32,000 bases of DNA from positions 3,240,001 to 3,272,000 of the forward strand of contig NC_022349.1 of NCBI RefSeq assembly GCF_000354175.2, written 5' to 3'. The translations under genes were made by a program, and so were the position numbers. Under the pieces are notes generated by a model. It made no database searches. It had not been told where the DNA came from and worked only from the letters and a program-made list of their open reading frames with translations. This document shows, in pieces, positions 1-9,797 of the stretch (its first letter is position 1; every line of letters begins with the position of its first letter). The stretch comes from Vibrio alginolyticus NBRC 15630 = ATCC 17749. GTDB taxonomy: Bacteria > Pseudomonadota > Gammaproteobacteria > Enterobacterales > Vibrionaceae.

Positions 1-7
1 TTCATGT

Positions 8-781
8 TTAAGTGCCCCGAACCGCTTTATCTCCGGGCCATGAATCTGGTACCACAAACCAGAATTGACCGTCTTCCGTTTGTGCGTGTATGAATCGATC
101 TAAAGGCTTTTCAATAGGTTGAGAGAAATCGTCTGTACCGATCGCCCAGCATGGTTTATGTAAATGATAAAGGGGTTTACCAATTAAATCCCATTGACTT
201 TGATAGCACCAGTAACCACTAATCTGACTTGGATTTAATTCATAACCCAAGCACTCCTTAGGGGGTGGCTCTGGAGTAAACGGATTGATATAGAGTCGTC
301 CTTGCATCATTAGGCGCTCTTGTGGGGCGTCGTTTAACGGAATTATTTTTTGAAATTCCGGGCGATCGCTCATTTTCAATTGATGAGTAAGCATTCTATT
401 CAGTTTTGTATGCAGCTGGTCGTGAGCATTCGGACCATACCAAACGCCGTTATAAAGAAGATAAAACTTAATCGCCACTTCCCAGTGTTCTATTTGATTT
501 GATTCTGTATTCCGCAACACCAAATCGACAGCACCAATGGTCTTACCTTCCGCGTCGTTTAACTGAATTTCTTCGGCAATAATCTGATATCGTTCTGAAT
601 TAGAAAGAGCCGCAGTGCATAGGTGCTGATATAAAAAACCCAGCCTCGGATTACCATTGTATTGTTCTGAGCTATTCAAAGGTTTGACCGAGACATCTTC
701 TAAGGTTGCAAACGGAGGGGTTAACTTGAAAAGCGGAGGTGAAGTGGCGATCCATTGGTAAAAGCGTTGCAGTTGGTTCAT
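8..781 (-). CDS. DUF1853-family conserved hypothetical protein (possible PD-(D/E)XK fold)
   Basis: Track ORF 8..922 opens on TTG (caa at 920-922). The first ATG is at 779-781 (MNQLQRFYQWIATSPP...) with AGGGA 6-7 nt upstream, so I start it there (257 aa). It has no TM segments. The core GAVDLVL...EHWEVAIKFY resembles a nuclease-fold D...E..K strand pair. The family assignment is from memory. Confidence 0.6.
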   Translation of the reverse strand: MNQLQRFYQWIATSPPLFKLTPPFATLEDVSVKPLNSSEQYNGNPRLGFLYQHLCTAALSNSERYQIIAEEIQLNDAEGKTIGAVDLVLRNTESNQIEHWEVAIKFYLLYNGVWYGPNAHDQLHTKLNRMLTHQLKMSDRPEFQKIIPLNDAPQERLMMQGRLYINPFTPEPPPKECLGYELNPSQISGYWCYQSQWDLIGKPLYHLHKPCWAIGTDDFSQPIEKPLDRFIHAQTEDGQFWFVVPDSWPGDKAVRGT

Positions 782-1012
782 CCGTATCCCTAAATTTATG
801 GTGAGGCGACAAGCTTTGTTATTGTAACTAAATTTGCTTTTGAGGGTAGGGTGGCTAGCATCGATATTAGGGTTCGAGATACACTTTAAAGACCTAAATG
901 ATATCAAGGTGCCAGATGTCAAAACGTTGTTGTATCAACTAGGTTGCACTCTTTCGTCTGATTCCATCGAGAGGTTATTTAGGTTTACATGCGCTAGAAA
1001 TTGGAAGTAATA

Positions 1013-1771
1013 ATGAATAACTTAAAGTTAGAACAGATTCTTAATGACAAACTGTCACCGCAGTTAATTAAAGATTACGCACCAAATGGGTTACAGGTAG
1101 AAGGGAAATCAGCGGTAAAGCGTGTTATCACTGGCGTAACCGCCTCTCAAGCCTTAATCGATAAAGCGATTGAGCTTAATGCAGACGCATTGCTTGTTCA
1201 TCATGGCTATTTTTGGAAAGGTGAGCCTGAGCCAATTCGTGGCATGAAAGGTAAACGAATTCGTAGCCTGATCAAAAATGATATCAACTTATATGGTTAT
1301 CACCTTCCTCTAGATATTCATCCAGAGCTAGGCAACAACGCTGAATTAGCTCGCTTACTTGAAATCGAAGTAGAAGGTGGGCTTGAAGGGCACCCTCAGT
1401 CAGTTGCTATGTTTGGGCGCTTGAAAAAGCCGATGTCTGGTGTTGAATTTGCGAGTAAGATCAACCAAGTTCTTGAAAGAGAGCCTCTGCATATCGCTCC
1501 AGAGAATACTGATAAGATGATTGAGACAGTCGGCTGGTGCACTGGTGGAGGGCAGGATTTCATTGAACTTGCTGTACAGCACGGGCTGGATGCATTTATC
1601 TCTGGAGAAATTTCAGAGCGCACCACTTATACCGCTCGTGAAATGGACATTCATTACTTTGCTGCAGGTCATCATGCTACTGAGCGTTATGGTGTTCAGG
1701 CCTTAGGCAAATGGCTAGCGGATGAATACGGCCTACATGTGGAGTTTATCGATATAGATAATCCGGTTTAA
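1013..1771 (+). CDS. ybgI: Nif3-family dinuclear-metal-centre protein YbgI
   Basis: The track ORF starts at TTG 1001. ATG at 1013 gives MNNLKLEQILNDKLSPQLIKDYAPNGLQVEGK, which aligns residue-for-residue with the E. coli YbgI N-terminus. Conserved blocks VHHGYFWKGE, NLYGYHLPLDIHPELGNN and AAGHHATERYG are present. Confidence 0.93.
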   Translation: MNNLKLEQILNDKLSPQLIKDYAPNGLQVEGKSAVKRVITGVTASQALIDKAIELNADALLVHHGYFWKGEPEPIRGMKGKRIRSLIKNDINLYGYHLPLDIHPELGNNAELARLLEIEVEGGLEGHPQSVAMFGRLKKPMSGVEFASKINQVLEREPLHIAPENTDKMIETVGWCTGGGQDFIELAVQHGLDAFISGEISERTTYTAREMDIHYFAAGHHATERYGVQALGKWLADEYGLHVEFIDIDNPV

Positions 1772-1800
1772 CGTTCGCTATTCGTAACGTTAAGTGCTGA

Positions 1801-1842
1801 AAAGAAAAAGGGTTGAGACGAAAATCTCAACCCTTTTGTTTG
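1801..1842. terminator. Bidirectional intrinsic terminator between convergent ybgI and gltA
   Basis: Stem GGGTTGAGA (1810-1818) pairs with TCTCAACCC (1825-1833) around loop CGAAAA. An A-run lies upstream and TTTTGTTTG downstream, so a U-tract follows the stem on either strand. Confidence 0.8.
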
Positions 1843-1862
1843 TCTATCTTCGTACTAAAAGA

Positions 1863-3152
1863 TCATTCACGTTCGTGAAGTGGAGAAAACTCACGTTGTG
1901 TTTCGCCAGTGTATAGCTGACGAGGACGACCAATGCGGTTCAGTGGATCGCTATGCATTTCGTTCCAGTGAGCAATCCAGCCGATGGTACGAGAAATCGC
2001 GAAGATAACCGTAAACATAGAAACTGGAATACCAATCGCTTTAAGAATGATACCTGAGTAGAAGTCTACGTTCGGGTACAGCTTCTTAGACACGAAGTAC
2101 TCATCAGAAAGCGCAATGCGCTCAAGTTCCATTGCAACGTCTAGCAGAGGGTCTTGAATGTTTAGCTCTTTGAGAACTTCATGACACGTTTCGCGCATTA
2201 CTGTCGCACGTGGGTCGTAGTTCTTGTAAACGCGGTGACCAAAGCCCATTAAGCGGAATGGGTCATCTTTGTCTTTCGCGCGGTCTACATATTCAGGGAT
2301 CTTATCGACGCTGCCAATCTCTTCTAGCATTCTCAAGCAGGCTTCGTTCGCACCACCGTGAGCAGGTCCCCAAAGGGATGCAATACCAGCGGCAATACAT
2401 GCAAATGGGTTCGCACCAGAAGAGCCAGCTAGACGTACAGTTGATGTCGACGCATTCTGTTCGTGATCCGCGTGTAGAGTGAAAATCTTATCCATCGCAC
2501 GGGCAACCACAGGATTTACTTCATACTCTTCGCAAGGGTTTGCGAACATCATATGCAAGAAGTTCTCTGCGTAGCTAAGGTCGTTACGAGGGTAAATAAA
2601 TGGCTGACCGATAGAATATTTGTAACACATCGCCGCCAGTGTTGGCATTTTTGACAGCAGGCGGTACGCTGCAATTTCGCGGTGTTCGTCGTTGTTAATG
2701 TCAAGAGAGTCGTGATAGAAGGCTGCAAGTGCTCCAACTACACCACACATTACCGCCATTGGGTGAGCATCGCGTCGGAAGCCATGGAAAAAGCTTGCGA
2801 TTTGCTCGTGTACCATTGTGTGACGAGTAACGGTCGTTTTGAATTGCTCGTATTGTTCTCGGGTAGGGGCTTCACCATAAAGAAGGATGTAACATACTTC
2901 TAAGTAATCTGCGTTATTGGCTAATTGATCAATCGGGAAACCGCGGTGCAAAAGAATACCTTTGCCGCCATCGATGTACGTGATTGATGATTCACAAGAT
3001 GCAGTGGCAAGAAAACCTGGGTCAAAAGTAAAGTAACCATTGGCTCCCAGCTTACGAACGTCAATTACAGGTGTACCTAGCGTACCGTCCATAATTGGCA
3101 GTTCGATTGGCGCTTGACCTTCAACATGAAGGGTCGCTTTCTTATCCGCCAT
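1863..3152 (-). CDS. gltA: Type II citrate synthase
   Basis: 429-aa ORF starting [12 protein letters not shown], with [14 protein letters not shown] and other citrate synthase blocks. AAGGAG RBS lies upstream (rc of ctcctt at 3160-3165). It is divergent from sdhC as in E. coli. Confidence 0.97.
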   Translation of the reverse strand: MADKKATLHVEGQAPIELPIMDGTLGTPVIDVRKLGANGYFTFDPGFLATASCESSITYIDGGKGILLHRGFPIDQLANNADYLEVCYILLYGEAPTREQYEQFKTTVTRHTMVHEQIASFFHGFRRDAHPMAVMCGVVGALAAFYHDSLDINNDEHREIAAYRLLSKMPTLAAMCYKYSIGQPFIYPRNDLSYAENFLHMMFANPCEEYEVNPVVARAMDKIFTLHADHEQNASTSTVRLAGSSGANPFACIAAGIASLWGPAHGGANEACLRMLEEIGSVDKIPEYVDRAKDKDDPFRLMGFGHRVYKNYDPRATVMRETCHEVLKELNIQDPLLDVAMELERIALSDEYFVSKKLYPNVDFYSGIILKAIGIPVSMFTVIFAISRTIGWIAHWNEMHSDPLNRIGRPRQLYTGETQREFSPLHERE

Positions 3153-3475
3153 AACAATCTCCTTTGTTTATTATTTAATCCGTCCAGGATGTTTATGTGC
3201 CATTTTTGTACTGTTGTTAAAGCTTAAAGTCAATTTTTCTCCATCTTTGTGTGCACTTGTTATGATTTTTCTCATGAAAATCGTTAAAAATCTGTTCTAT
3301 GTAGCATAATTTGTTACACCAATTGTATTAGAATGTTGCTCGCCGTATATTGGCAAAGAAAATTTTAGTTAAATCCTTATAAATTCGGGGCTAGAAACAA
3401 AGAGTGAGGTTTGTTGCTGGATTCCGTTTGTTAACAAATCGTTTACAATTATCTGGGTGGTTACTCGCGATATTT

Positions 3476-3490
3476 GTTAAGTAGATGTTA
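3476..3490 (+). promoter_or_regulatory. Candidate ArcA-P box in the gltA/sdhC divergent control region
   Basis: GTTAAGTAGATGTTA matches the 15-bp ArcA consensus GTTAATTAAATGTTA at 13/15 by my count. It contains two TGTTA direct repeats 11 bp apart (3475-3479, 3486-3490), about 60 nt upstream of the sdhC start. More TGTTA copies occur at about 3257, 3312 and 3428. Confidence 0.4.
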
Positions 3491-3548
3491 ACTTTTGTAC
3501 GTTTGGAAGCTGAAATTGGTTATAACAATAAATGCTCAATGGAGCTGA

Positions 3549-3941
3549 GTGAGCAAGCCCGTGAAAGAAAGAAAGTCAAGACCTGTTAATTTAGATTTAC
3601 AGACCATCCACTTTCCTATCACAGCAATCGCATCCATCCTACACCGTGTGTCTGGGGTAATTACGTTTGTTGCGGTGGGTATATTACTGTGGTTACTATC
3701 CATTTCTCTGTCATCCCCAATGGGTTTTATGGAAGCCGCTGACATCGTCGATAGCTTCTTCGTAAAATTCATCCTGTGGGGAATTCTTACTGCACTTGCC
3801 TACCACATCGCAGGTGGTATCCGTCACTTATTGATGGATCTGGGTCACTTTGAAGAACTAGATTCAGGCACGATGAGCGCTAAAGTCGCGTTTGGTGCAA
3901 CAGCAGTATTATCATTATTGGCGGGGATCTTGGTATGGTAA
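3549..3941 (+). CDS. sdhC: Succinate dehydrogenase cytochrome b556 subunit
   Basis: GTG start with GGAG 4 nt upstream. The 130-aa product contains RPVNLDLQTIHFPITAIASILHRVSGVITFVAVGILLWLL, near identical to E. coli SdhC. Confidence 0.93.
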   Translation: MSKPVKERKSRPVNLDLQTIHFPITAIASILHRVSGVITFVAVGILLWLLSISLSSPMGFMEAADIVDSFFVKFILWGILTALAYHIAGGIRHLLMDLGHFEELDSGTMSAKVAFGATAVLSLLAGILVW

Positions 3942-4279
3942 AACACGTATCTTCATTTGGTCGTAATGGTGTACACGATTTCCTACTAATTCGTGCAACT
4001 GCAATCATTATGACGCTATACACGATTTATCTGATTAGCTTCTGTGCATTTTCAGATATCTCTTACGCATCTTGGACCCAATTCTTTGGTGGTACCTTCA
4101 CTAAAGTATTCACCATGTTGGCACTTGTCTCGATCCTGATTCACGCTTGGGTTGGTTTGTGGCAGGTATTAACTGATTACATTAAGTGCGCGAAACTACG
4201 TGGCGCACTACAACTTGGTGTTATTGCCGTTCTATTCGGCTATGTCTTCTCTGGTCTATTTATTCTGTGGGGTGCGTAA
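3935..4279 (+). CDS. sdhD: Succinate dehydrogenase hydrophobic membrane anchor subunit
   Basis: ATG overlaps the sdhC stop (ATGGTAA). The 114-aa product contains GRNGVHDFLLIRATAI and HAWVGLWQVLTDY, as in E. coli SdhD. Confidence 0.95.
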   Translation: MVKHVSSFGRNGVHDFLLIRATAIIMTLYTIYLISFCAFSDISYASWTQFFGGTFTKVFTMLALVSILIHAWVGLWQVLTDYIKCAKLRGALQLGVIAVLFGYVFSGLFILWGA

Positions 4280-6046
4280 GTGTCTATTCCAGTTCGTGAG
4301 TTTGATGCCGTAGTAATCGGCGCTGGTGGTGCAGGTATGCGCGCTGCACTACAAATTTCAGAACAAGGCCTATCATGTGCTTTGTTGTCAAAAGTATTTC
4401 CAACACGTTCTCATACTGTGTCTGCACAGGGTGGCATTACTGTTGCTCTGGGTAACTCGCACAAAGACGATTGGCAATGGCACATGTACGATACCGTTAA
4501 AGGTTCCGACTACATCGGTGACCAGAACGCGATTGAATACATGTGTAAAAATGGTCCTGAGTCAGTTATCGAGCTTGAAAAAATGGGTCTTCCATTCTCT
4601 CGTTTCGATAACGGTACCATCTACCAACGTCCATTCGGTGGTCAATCTAAAGAGTTTGGTGGTGAGCAGGCTGCTCGTACAGCCGCTGCTGCAGACCGTA
4701 CTGGTCACGCACTTCTTCACACGCTTTACCAGCAAAACGTAAAACACAAAACAACCATCTTCTCGGAGTGGTACGCTTTGGATCTTGTGAAAAACCAAGA
4801 CGGCGCAATCATGGGTTGTACTGCGATTTGTATGGAAACGGGTGAAATCTGTTACTTCAAATCGAAAGCGACCATTCTAGCTACAGGTGGTGCAGGTCGT
4901 ATTTACGCATCGACCACTAACGCGCACATCAACACGGGTGATGGCGTTGGTATGGCGCTTCGCGCAGGCGTTCCAATGCAAGATATGGAAATGTGGCAGT
5001 TCCACCCAACAGGTATTGCTGGCGCGGGTGTTCTAGTGACGGAAGGTTGTCGTGGTGAAGGTGGTTACCTTCTAAATAAAGATGGTGAACGCTTCATGGA
5101 ACGTTATGCTCCAAACGCGAAAGACCTTGCTGGTCGTGACGTGGTTGCTCGTTCAATGATGATTGAAATCCGTGAAGGCCGCGGTTGTGATGGCCCTTGG
5201 GGTCCACATATCAAGTTGAAACTTGATCACCTTGGTAAAGAAGTACTTGAATCACGTCTACCAGGTATCTGTGAACTGTCTCGTACATTTGCACACGTTG
5301 ACCCAGTGAAAGAGCCAATTCCAGTAATTCCAACTTGTCACTACATGATGGGTGGTGTACCTACTCAAGTCTCTGGCCAAGCAATTAAGCAGAAGGCCGA
5401 CGGTAGCGAGATGGAAGTTCAAGGCCTTTACGCATGTGGTGAGATTGCTTCTGTATCGGTACACGGTGCTAACCGTCTTGGCGGCAACTCATTACTAGAC
5501 TTGGTCGTATTTGGTCGTGCCACTGGCTTGCACCTTGGCGAAACGCTAGCAGCGCAAGCGGAAGCTCGTCCTGCAACAGAATCTGATATTGAAGCGTCTC
5601 TAGCGCGTACTATGCGTTGGGAAAACAGCACTGGTGGTGAAGATCCAGTTCAGATTCGTAAAGACCTACAAGCATGCATGCAAAACAGCTTCTCGGTATT
5701 CCGTGAAGGCGATGCGATGGCAACCGGTCTAGAAGAGTTGAAAGTGATTCGCGAACGTTTGAAAGATGCACATCTAGCGGACAAGTCTTCAGAGTTCAAC
5801 ACGCAGCGTATTGAGTGTCTAGAACTTGATAACCTGATGGAAACCGCGTTTTCAACTGCCGTTGCAGCAAACTACCGTACAGAGAGTCGTGGCGCACATG
5901 CTCGTTTCGATTTCCCTGAGCGTGATGATGAGAACTGGCTATGCCACTCTATCTACAATCCGGAAACAGAAGCGATGACTAAGCGTGATGTGAACATGAC
6001 GCCAACGCATCGTGAAGCTTTCCCGCCGAAAGTACGTACATACTAA
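4280..6046 (+). CDS. sdhA: Succinate dehydrogenase flavoprotein subunit
   Basis: GTG start directly after the sdhD TAA. The 588-aa product has the FAD-binding motif [25 protein letters not shown] and a C-terminal FPPKVRTY. It is collinear with E. coli SdhA. Confidence 0.97.
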   Translation: MSIPVREFDAVVIGAGGAGMRAALQISEQGLSCALLSKVFPTRSHTVSAQGGITVALGNSHKDDWQWHMYDTVKGSDYIGDQNAIEYMCKNGPESVIELEKMGLPFSRFDNGTIYQRPFGGQSKEFGGEQAARTAAAADRTGHALLHTLYQQNVKHKTTIFSEWYALDLVKNQDGAIMGCTAICMETGEICYFKSKATILATGGAGRIYASTTNAHINTGDGVGMALRAGVPMQDMEMWQFHPTGIAGAGVLVTEGCRGEGGYLLNKDGERFMERYAPNAKDLAGRDVVARSMMIEIREGRGCDGPWGPHIKLKLDHLGKEVLESRLPGICELSRTFAHVDPVKEPIPVIPTCHYMMGGVPTQVSGQAIKQKADGSEMEVQGLYACGEIASVSVHGANRLGGNSLLDLVVFGRATGLHLGETLAAQAEARPATESDIEASLARTMRWENSTGGEDPVQIRKDLQACMQNSFSVFREGDAMATGLEELKVIRERLKDAHLADKSSEFNTQRIECLELDNLMETAFSTAVAANYRTESRGAHARFDFPERDDENWLCHSIYNPETEAMTKRDVNMTPTHREAFPPKVRTY

Positions 6047-6061
6047 AGGGAGGATACGACT

Positions 6062-6772
6062 ATGAAATTAAACTTCTCTTTATACCGTTACAATCCGGAT
6101 GTGGATACTAAGCCTTACATGAAAGAGTATACCCTTGAGGTAGACGAAGGCTCAGACATGATGGTGCTTGATGCATTGATTCTGCTAAAAGAGCAAGATC
6201 CAAGCATCGCGTTCCGTCGCTCATGCCGTGAAGGGGTATGTGGTTCTGATGGTTTGAATATGAATGGTAAAAACGGCCTAGCGTGTATCACACCGTTATC
6301 TGCTCTACAAGGCGATAAGATAGTTATTCGTCCACTACCAGGGTTACCTGTCGTGCGCGATCTTATCGTTGACATGACGCAGTTCTATGATAACTATGCG
6401 AAAGTTAAACCGTTCTTGATTGATGATGGTGCATTACCACCATCACGTGAGAATCTACAATCGCCTGATGACCGTGCGCATTTAGATGGATTGTACGAAT
6501 GTATCATGTGTGCATGTTGTACAACGTCTTGCCCATCATTCTGGTGGAACCCTGATAAATTCATCGGCCCAGCTGGTCTTCTCGCAGCGTACCGTTGGCT
6601 AATTGATAGCCGCGATACGGCAACAGATGAACGTTTGTCTGATCTTGATGATGCATTTAGCGTTTTTCGTTGCCATGGCATCATGAATTGTGTAAGTGTT
6701 TGTCCTAAGGGATTAAATCCGACGAAAGCCATCGGTCACATTAAGTCGATGTTGGTTAATCGTTCGGTTTAA
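6062..6772 (+). CDS. sdhB: Succinate dehydrogenase iron-sulfur subunit
   Basis: 236-aa product with three Cys clusters (CREGVCGSDG, CIMCACCTTSCP, CHGIMNCVSVCP). GGGAGG RBS lies upstream. Confidence 0.97.
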   Translation: MKLNFSLYRYNPDVDTKPYMKEYTLEVDEGSDMMVLDALILLKEQDPSIAFRRSCREGVCGSDGLNMNGKNGLACITPLSALQGDKIVIRPLPGLPVVRDLIVDMTQFYDNYAKVKPFLIDDGALPPSRENLQSPDDRAHLDGLYECIMCACCTTSCPSFWWNPDKFIGPAGLLAAYRWLIDSRDTATDERLSDLDDAFSVFRCHGIMNCVSVCPKGLNPTKAIGHIKSMLVNRSV

Positions 6773-6943
6773 TTTACTCGCTCTTAGGAATGTCGCAGTG
6801 TTGCGGATCACCCGATATGACCGCTTCACTGCTTCAGTAATATTCGAGTAAAGAATACAAAAATTGCCGACCGTATTTTTAGTCGGCTCTTATAGCTCGG
6901 CAAAGACCGAAGCAAACGTGAAAACTACTGGTTAAGGGAAAAT

Positions 6944-9769
6944 ATGCACAACGGCGTGATGAAGGCATGGCTCGAGTCTTCACACTTGGCTGGCGCCAAT
7001 GCAACGTATGTAGAGGACCTCTACGAACTGTATCTAAGTGATCCCGATCTGGTAAGTGAGGAGTGGAAACGTGTTTTTGAAGGCTTGCCTAAGCCATCAG
7101 AAGAAGTGGCAGAACAACCACATTCACGTGTCCGTGACTACTTCCGACGACTCGCTAGAGAAACAAAGCATTACAATGTCCAAGTTAGTGACCCAGATGT
7201 CGATGCAAAACAAGTAAAAGTTCTACAGCTAATCAACGCATACCGTTTCCGCGGGCATGAAGCTGCAGAATTAGACCCACTAGGTCTATGGCAACGCCCA
7301 ACAGTGGCGGAGTTAGACCCTGCTTTTCATAATCTTACCGAAGATGACTTCGAAGAAACTTTCAACGTAGGTTCTTTTGCTGTTGGGCAAGAAACCATGA
7401 AGTTGAAAGATATCTATGAAGCCCTCAACAAAACTTATTGCGGTTCCATCGGTGCTGAATACATGCACATGACTGACACAGAGCAAAAGCGTTGGATTCA
7501 GCAACGCCTTGAGTCTGTCGTAGGCCAGCCATCATTCAACAAAGATGAGAAGCGCACATTCCTAGAAGAGCTAACAGCCGCTGAAGGCTTGGAGCGTTAC
7601 CTCGGGGCGAAATTCCCAGGTGCAAAACGTTTCTCTTTAGAAGGTGGTGATGCGCTGATTCCGATGACGAAAGAGTTGATCCGTCATGCGGGTACAAGTG
7701 GAATGCGTGAAGTGGTTATCGGTATGGCTCACCGCGGTCGTTTGAACATGCTGGTGAACGTACTTGGTAAGAAACCTCAAGACCTGTTTGATGAGTTCGC
7801 CGGTAAACACGACGAAACTTGGGGTACGGGTGATGTGAAATATCACCAAGGTTTCTCTGCTGATTTTGCGACTCCTGGCGGTGATGTTCACTTAGCACTT
7901 GCATTTAACCCGTCGCACCTAGAAATCGTAAACCCAGTAGTCATGGGCTCAGTTCGAGCACGTCAAGATCGCTTGGGTGATAATCAAGGTAGCAAAGTGC
8001 TTCCTATCACCATCCACGGTGATTCTGCAATCGCTGGTCAGGGTGTGGTTGCCGAAACGTTCAACATGTCTCTTGCTCGTGGGTTCCAAGTTGGTGGTAC
8101 GGTACGTATCGTCATCAACAACCAAGTAGGCTTTACGACGTCTAATCCTCGTGACACGCGTTCTACGATGTACTGTACCGATATCGCGAAGATGGTGCAG
8201 GCGCCAATTTTCCATGTAAATGCAGATGACCCAGAAGCAGTTGCTTTTGTTACTCGCATTGCATTGGATTACCGTAACGAGTTCAAGCGCGATGTCGTGA
8301 TCGATCTTGTATGTTACCGTCGCCACGGCCACAATGAGGCGGATGAGCCAAATGCGACTCAGCCTTTGATGTACCAGAAAATCAAAAAGCATCCTACACC
8401 ACGCAAATTGTATGCAGATGTTCTGATCGATAAAAATGAATCAGATATCGAGACAGCGACTCAGTTAGTCAATGAGTATCGCGATGCATTAGATCGCGGT
8501 GAAGTGGTTGTTAAAGAATGGCGTCCAATGGCGTTGCACTCTGTAGACTGGTCCCCTTACTTAGGGCACGAATGGGATATGGAGTGGGATTCAAAATACG
8601 ACAAGACACGCCTTATTGAGCTAGGCAATCGTCTGTGTCAGTACCCAGAAAGCCATAAACTGCAAAGCCGTGTTAATAAGCTATACAACGACCGTCTAGC
8701 AATGATGACCGGTGAAAAAGCCATTGACTGGGGTATGGCTGAAACATTGGCGTATGCTACATTGGTTGACGATGGCAAGCGTATTCGTCTTTCTGGTCAG
8801 GACTCGGGTCGTGGTACTTTCTTCCACCGTCACTCGGTTCTTCATAACCAAACCGATGCAAGCACTTACATTCCATTAGCGAATATTCATGACAACCAAG
8901 GGCCATTCCAAGTCTTTGACTCAGTATTGTCAGAAGAAGCTGTGTTGGCGTTTGAATACGGTTACGCAACAGCCGAACCAGGTGGTTTAACTATCTGGGA
9001 AGCACAGTTTGGTGATTTTGCCAACGGTGCACAAGTTGTTATCGACCAGTTTATCTCGTCAGGCGAGCAAAAGTGGGCGCGTTTGTGCGGTCTTACTATG
9101 CTTCTACCTCATGGTTATGAAGGTCAAGGCCCTGAGCACTCATCTGCACGTTTAGAGCGTTACCTTCAGCTTTGTGCTGAGCAAAATATGCAGGTTGTGG
9201 TTCCTTCAACACCGGCTCAGGTGTACCACATGATTCGTCGTCAGGTTGTACGCCCAATGCGTCGACCTCTCATTGTTATGTCGCCGAAATCTTTGCTGCG
9301 CCACCCTCTATGTACTTCAACGATTGAAGACTTGGCGGATGGTACATTCCAATCTGCAATTCCAGAAGTAGATGATTTAGAACCAAGCAAAGTGAAACGT
9401 GTCGTGTTCTGTGCTGGTAAGGTTTACTTTGACCTACTAGAGCAGCGCCGTAACAACGAGCAAGACGATGTTGCTATCGTGCGTATTGAACAGCTTTACC
9501 CATTCCCAATGGAAGAAGTACAAGCAGCAATTGCTCAATACACTAACGTTGAAGACTTCGTGTGGTGTCAGGAAGAACCTCAGAACCAAGGTGCTTGGTA
9601 CTGTAGCCAACATAACTTCCGTGCCGCTATTCCTGCAGGTGCAAATCTTAAATACGCAGGTCGCCCAGCTTCTGCTTCGCCAGCAGTTGGCTACATGTCG
9701 GTGCACTTGAAACAACAAAAAGCGTTGGTTGAAGACGCTCTGAACGTGAACTCAAAAACTTCGAATTAA
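6944..9769 (+). CDS. sucA: 2-oxoglutarate dehydrogenase E1 component
   Basis: 941-aa product collinear with E. coli SucA (KVLQLINAYRFRGH, GAEYMHMTDTEQKRWIQQR). AAGGG RBS lies 6 nt upstream. Confidence 0.97.
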   Translation: MHNGVMKAWLESSHLAGANATYVEDLYELYLSDPDLVSEEWKRVFEGLPKPSEEVAEQPHSRVRDYFRRLARETKHYNVQVSDPDVDAKQVKVLQLINAYRFRGHEAAELDPLGLWQRPTVAELDPAFHNLTEDDFEETFNVGSFAVGQETMKLKDIYEALNKTYCGSIGAEYMHMTDTEQKRWIQQRLESVVGQPSFNKDEKRTFLEELTAAEGLERYLGAKFPGAKRFSLEGGDALIPMTKELIRHAGTSGMREVVIGMAHRGRLNMLVNVLGKKPQDLFDEFAGKHDETWGTGDVKYHQGFSADFATPGGDVHLALAFNPSHLEIVNPVVMGSVRARQDRLGDNQGSKVLPITIHGDSAIAGQGVVAETFNMSLARGFQVGGTVRIVINNQVGFTTSNPRDTRSTMYCTDIAKMVQAPIFHVNADDPEAVAFVTRIALDYRNEFKRDVVIDLVCYRRHGHNEADEPNATQPLMYQKIKKHPTPRKLYADVLIDKNESDIETATQLVNEYRDALDRGEVVVKEWRPMALHSVDWSPYLGHEWDMEWDSKYDKTRLIELGNRLCQYPESHKLQSRVNKLYNDRLAMMTGEKAIDWGMAETLAYATLVDDGKRIRLSGQDSGRGTFFHRHSVLHNQTDASTYIPLANIHDNQGPFQVFDSVLSEEAVLAFEYGYATAEPGGLTIWEAQFGDFANGAQVVIDQFISSGEQKWARLCGLTMLLPHGYEGQGPEHSSARLERYLQLCAEQNMQVVVPSTPAQVYHMIRRQVVRPMRRPLIVMSPKSLLRHPLCTSTIEDLADGTFQSAIPEVDDLEPSKVKRVVFCAGKVYFDLLEQRRNNEQDDVAIVRIEQLYPFPMEEVQAAIAQYTNVEDFVWCQEEPQNQGAWYCSQHNFRAAIPAGANLKYAGRPASASPAVGYMSVHLKQQKALVEDALNVNSKTSN

Positions 9770-9797
9770 GAACTAGAAGTTAAAGGAAGAAACAGAT

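Noticed and set aside
3920-3960. A RyhB pairing site at the sdhC/sdhD junction, as in E. coli.
   Set aside because: By eye, the sequence around the sdhD start (GGTATGGTAAAACACGTATC) shows only weak complementarity to the RyhB core I remember. The Vibrio ryhB sequence is not in the window to test against.
7949-8392. 147-aa minus-strand ORF inside sucA, and the other short antisense or out-of-frame ORFs listed inside sdhA, sdhB, sucA, sucC, sucD, feoB, argS, purU and the protease gene.
   Set aside because: All are embedded in genes with strong orthologue support on the other strand or frame. None has independent start-site signals.
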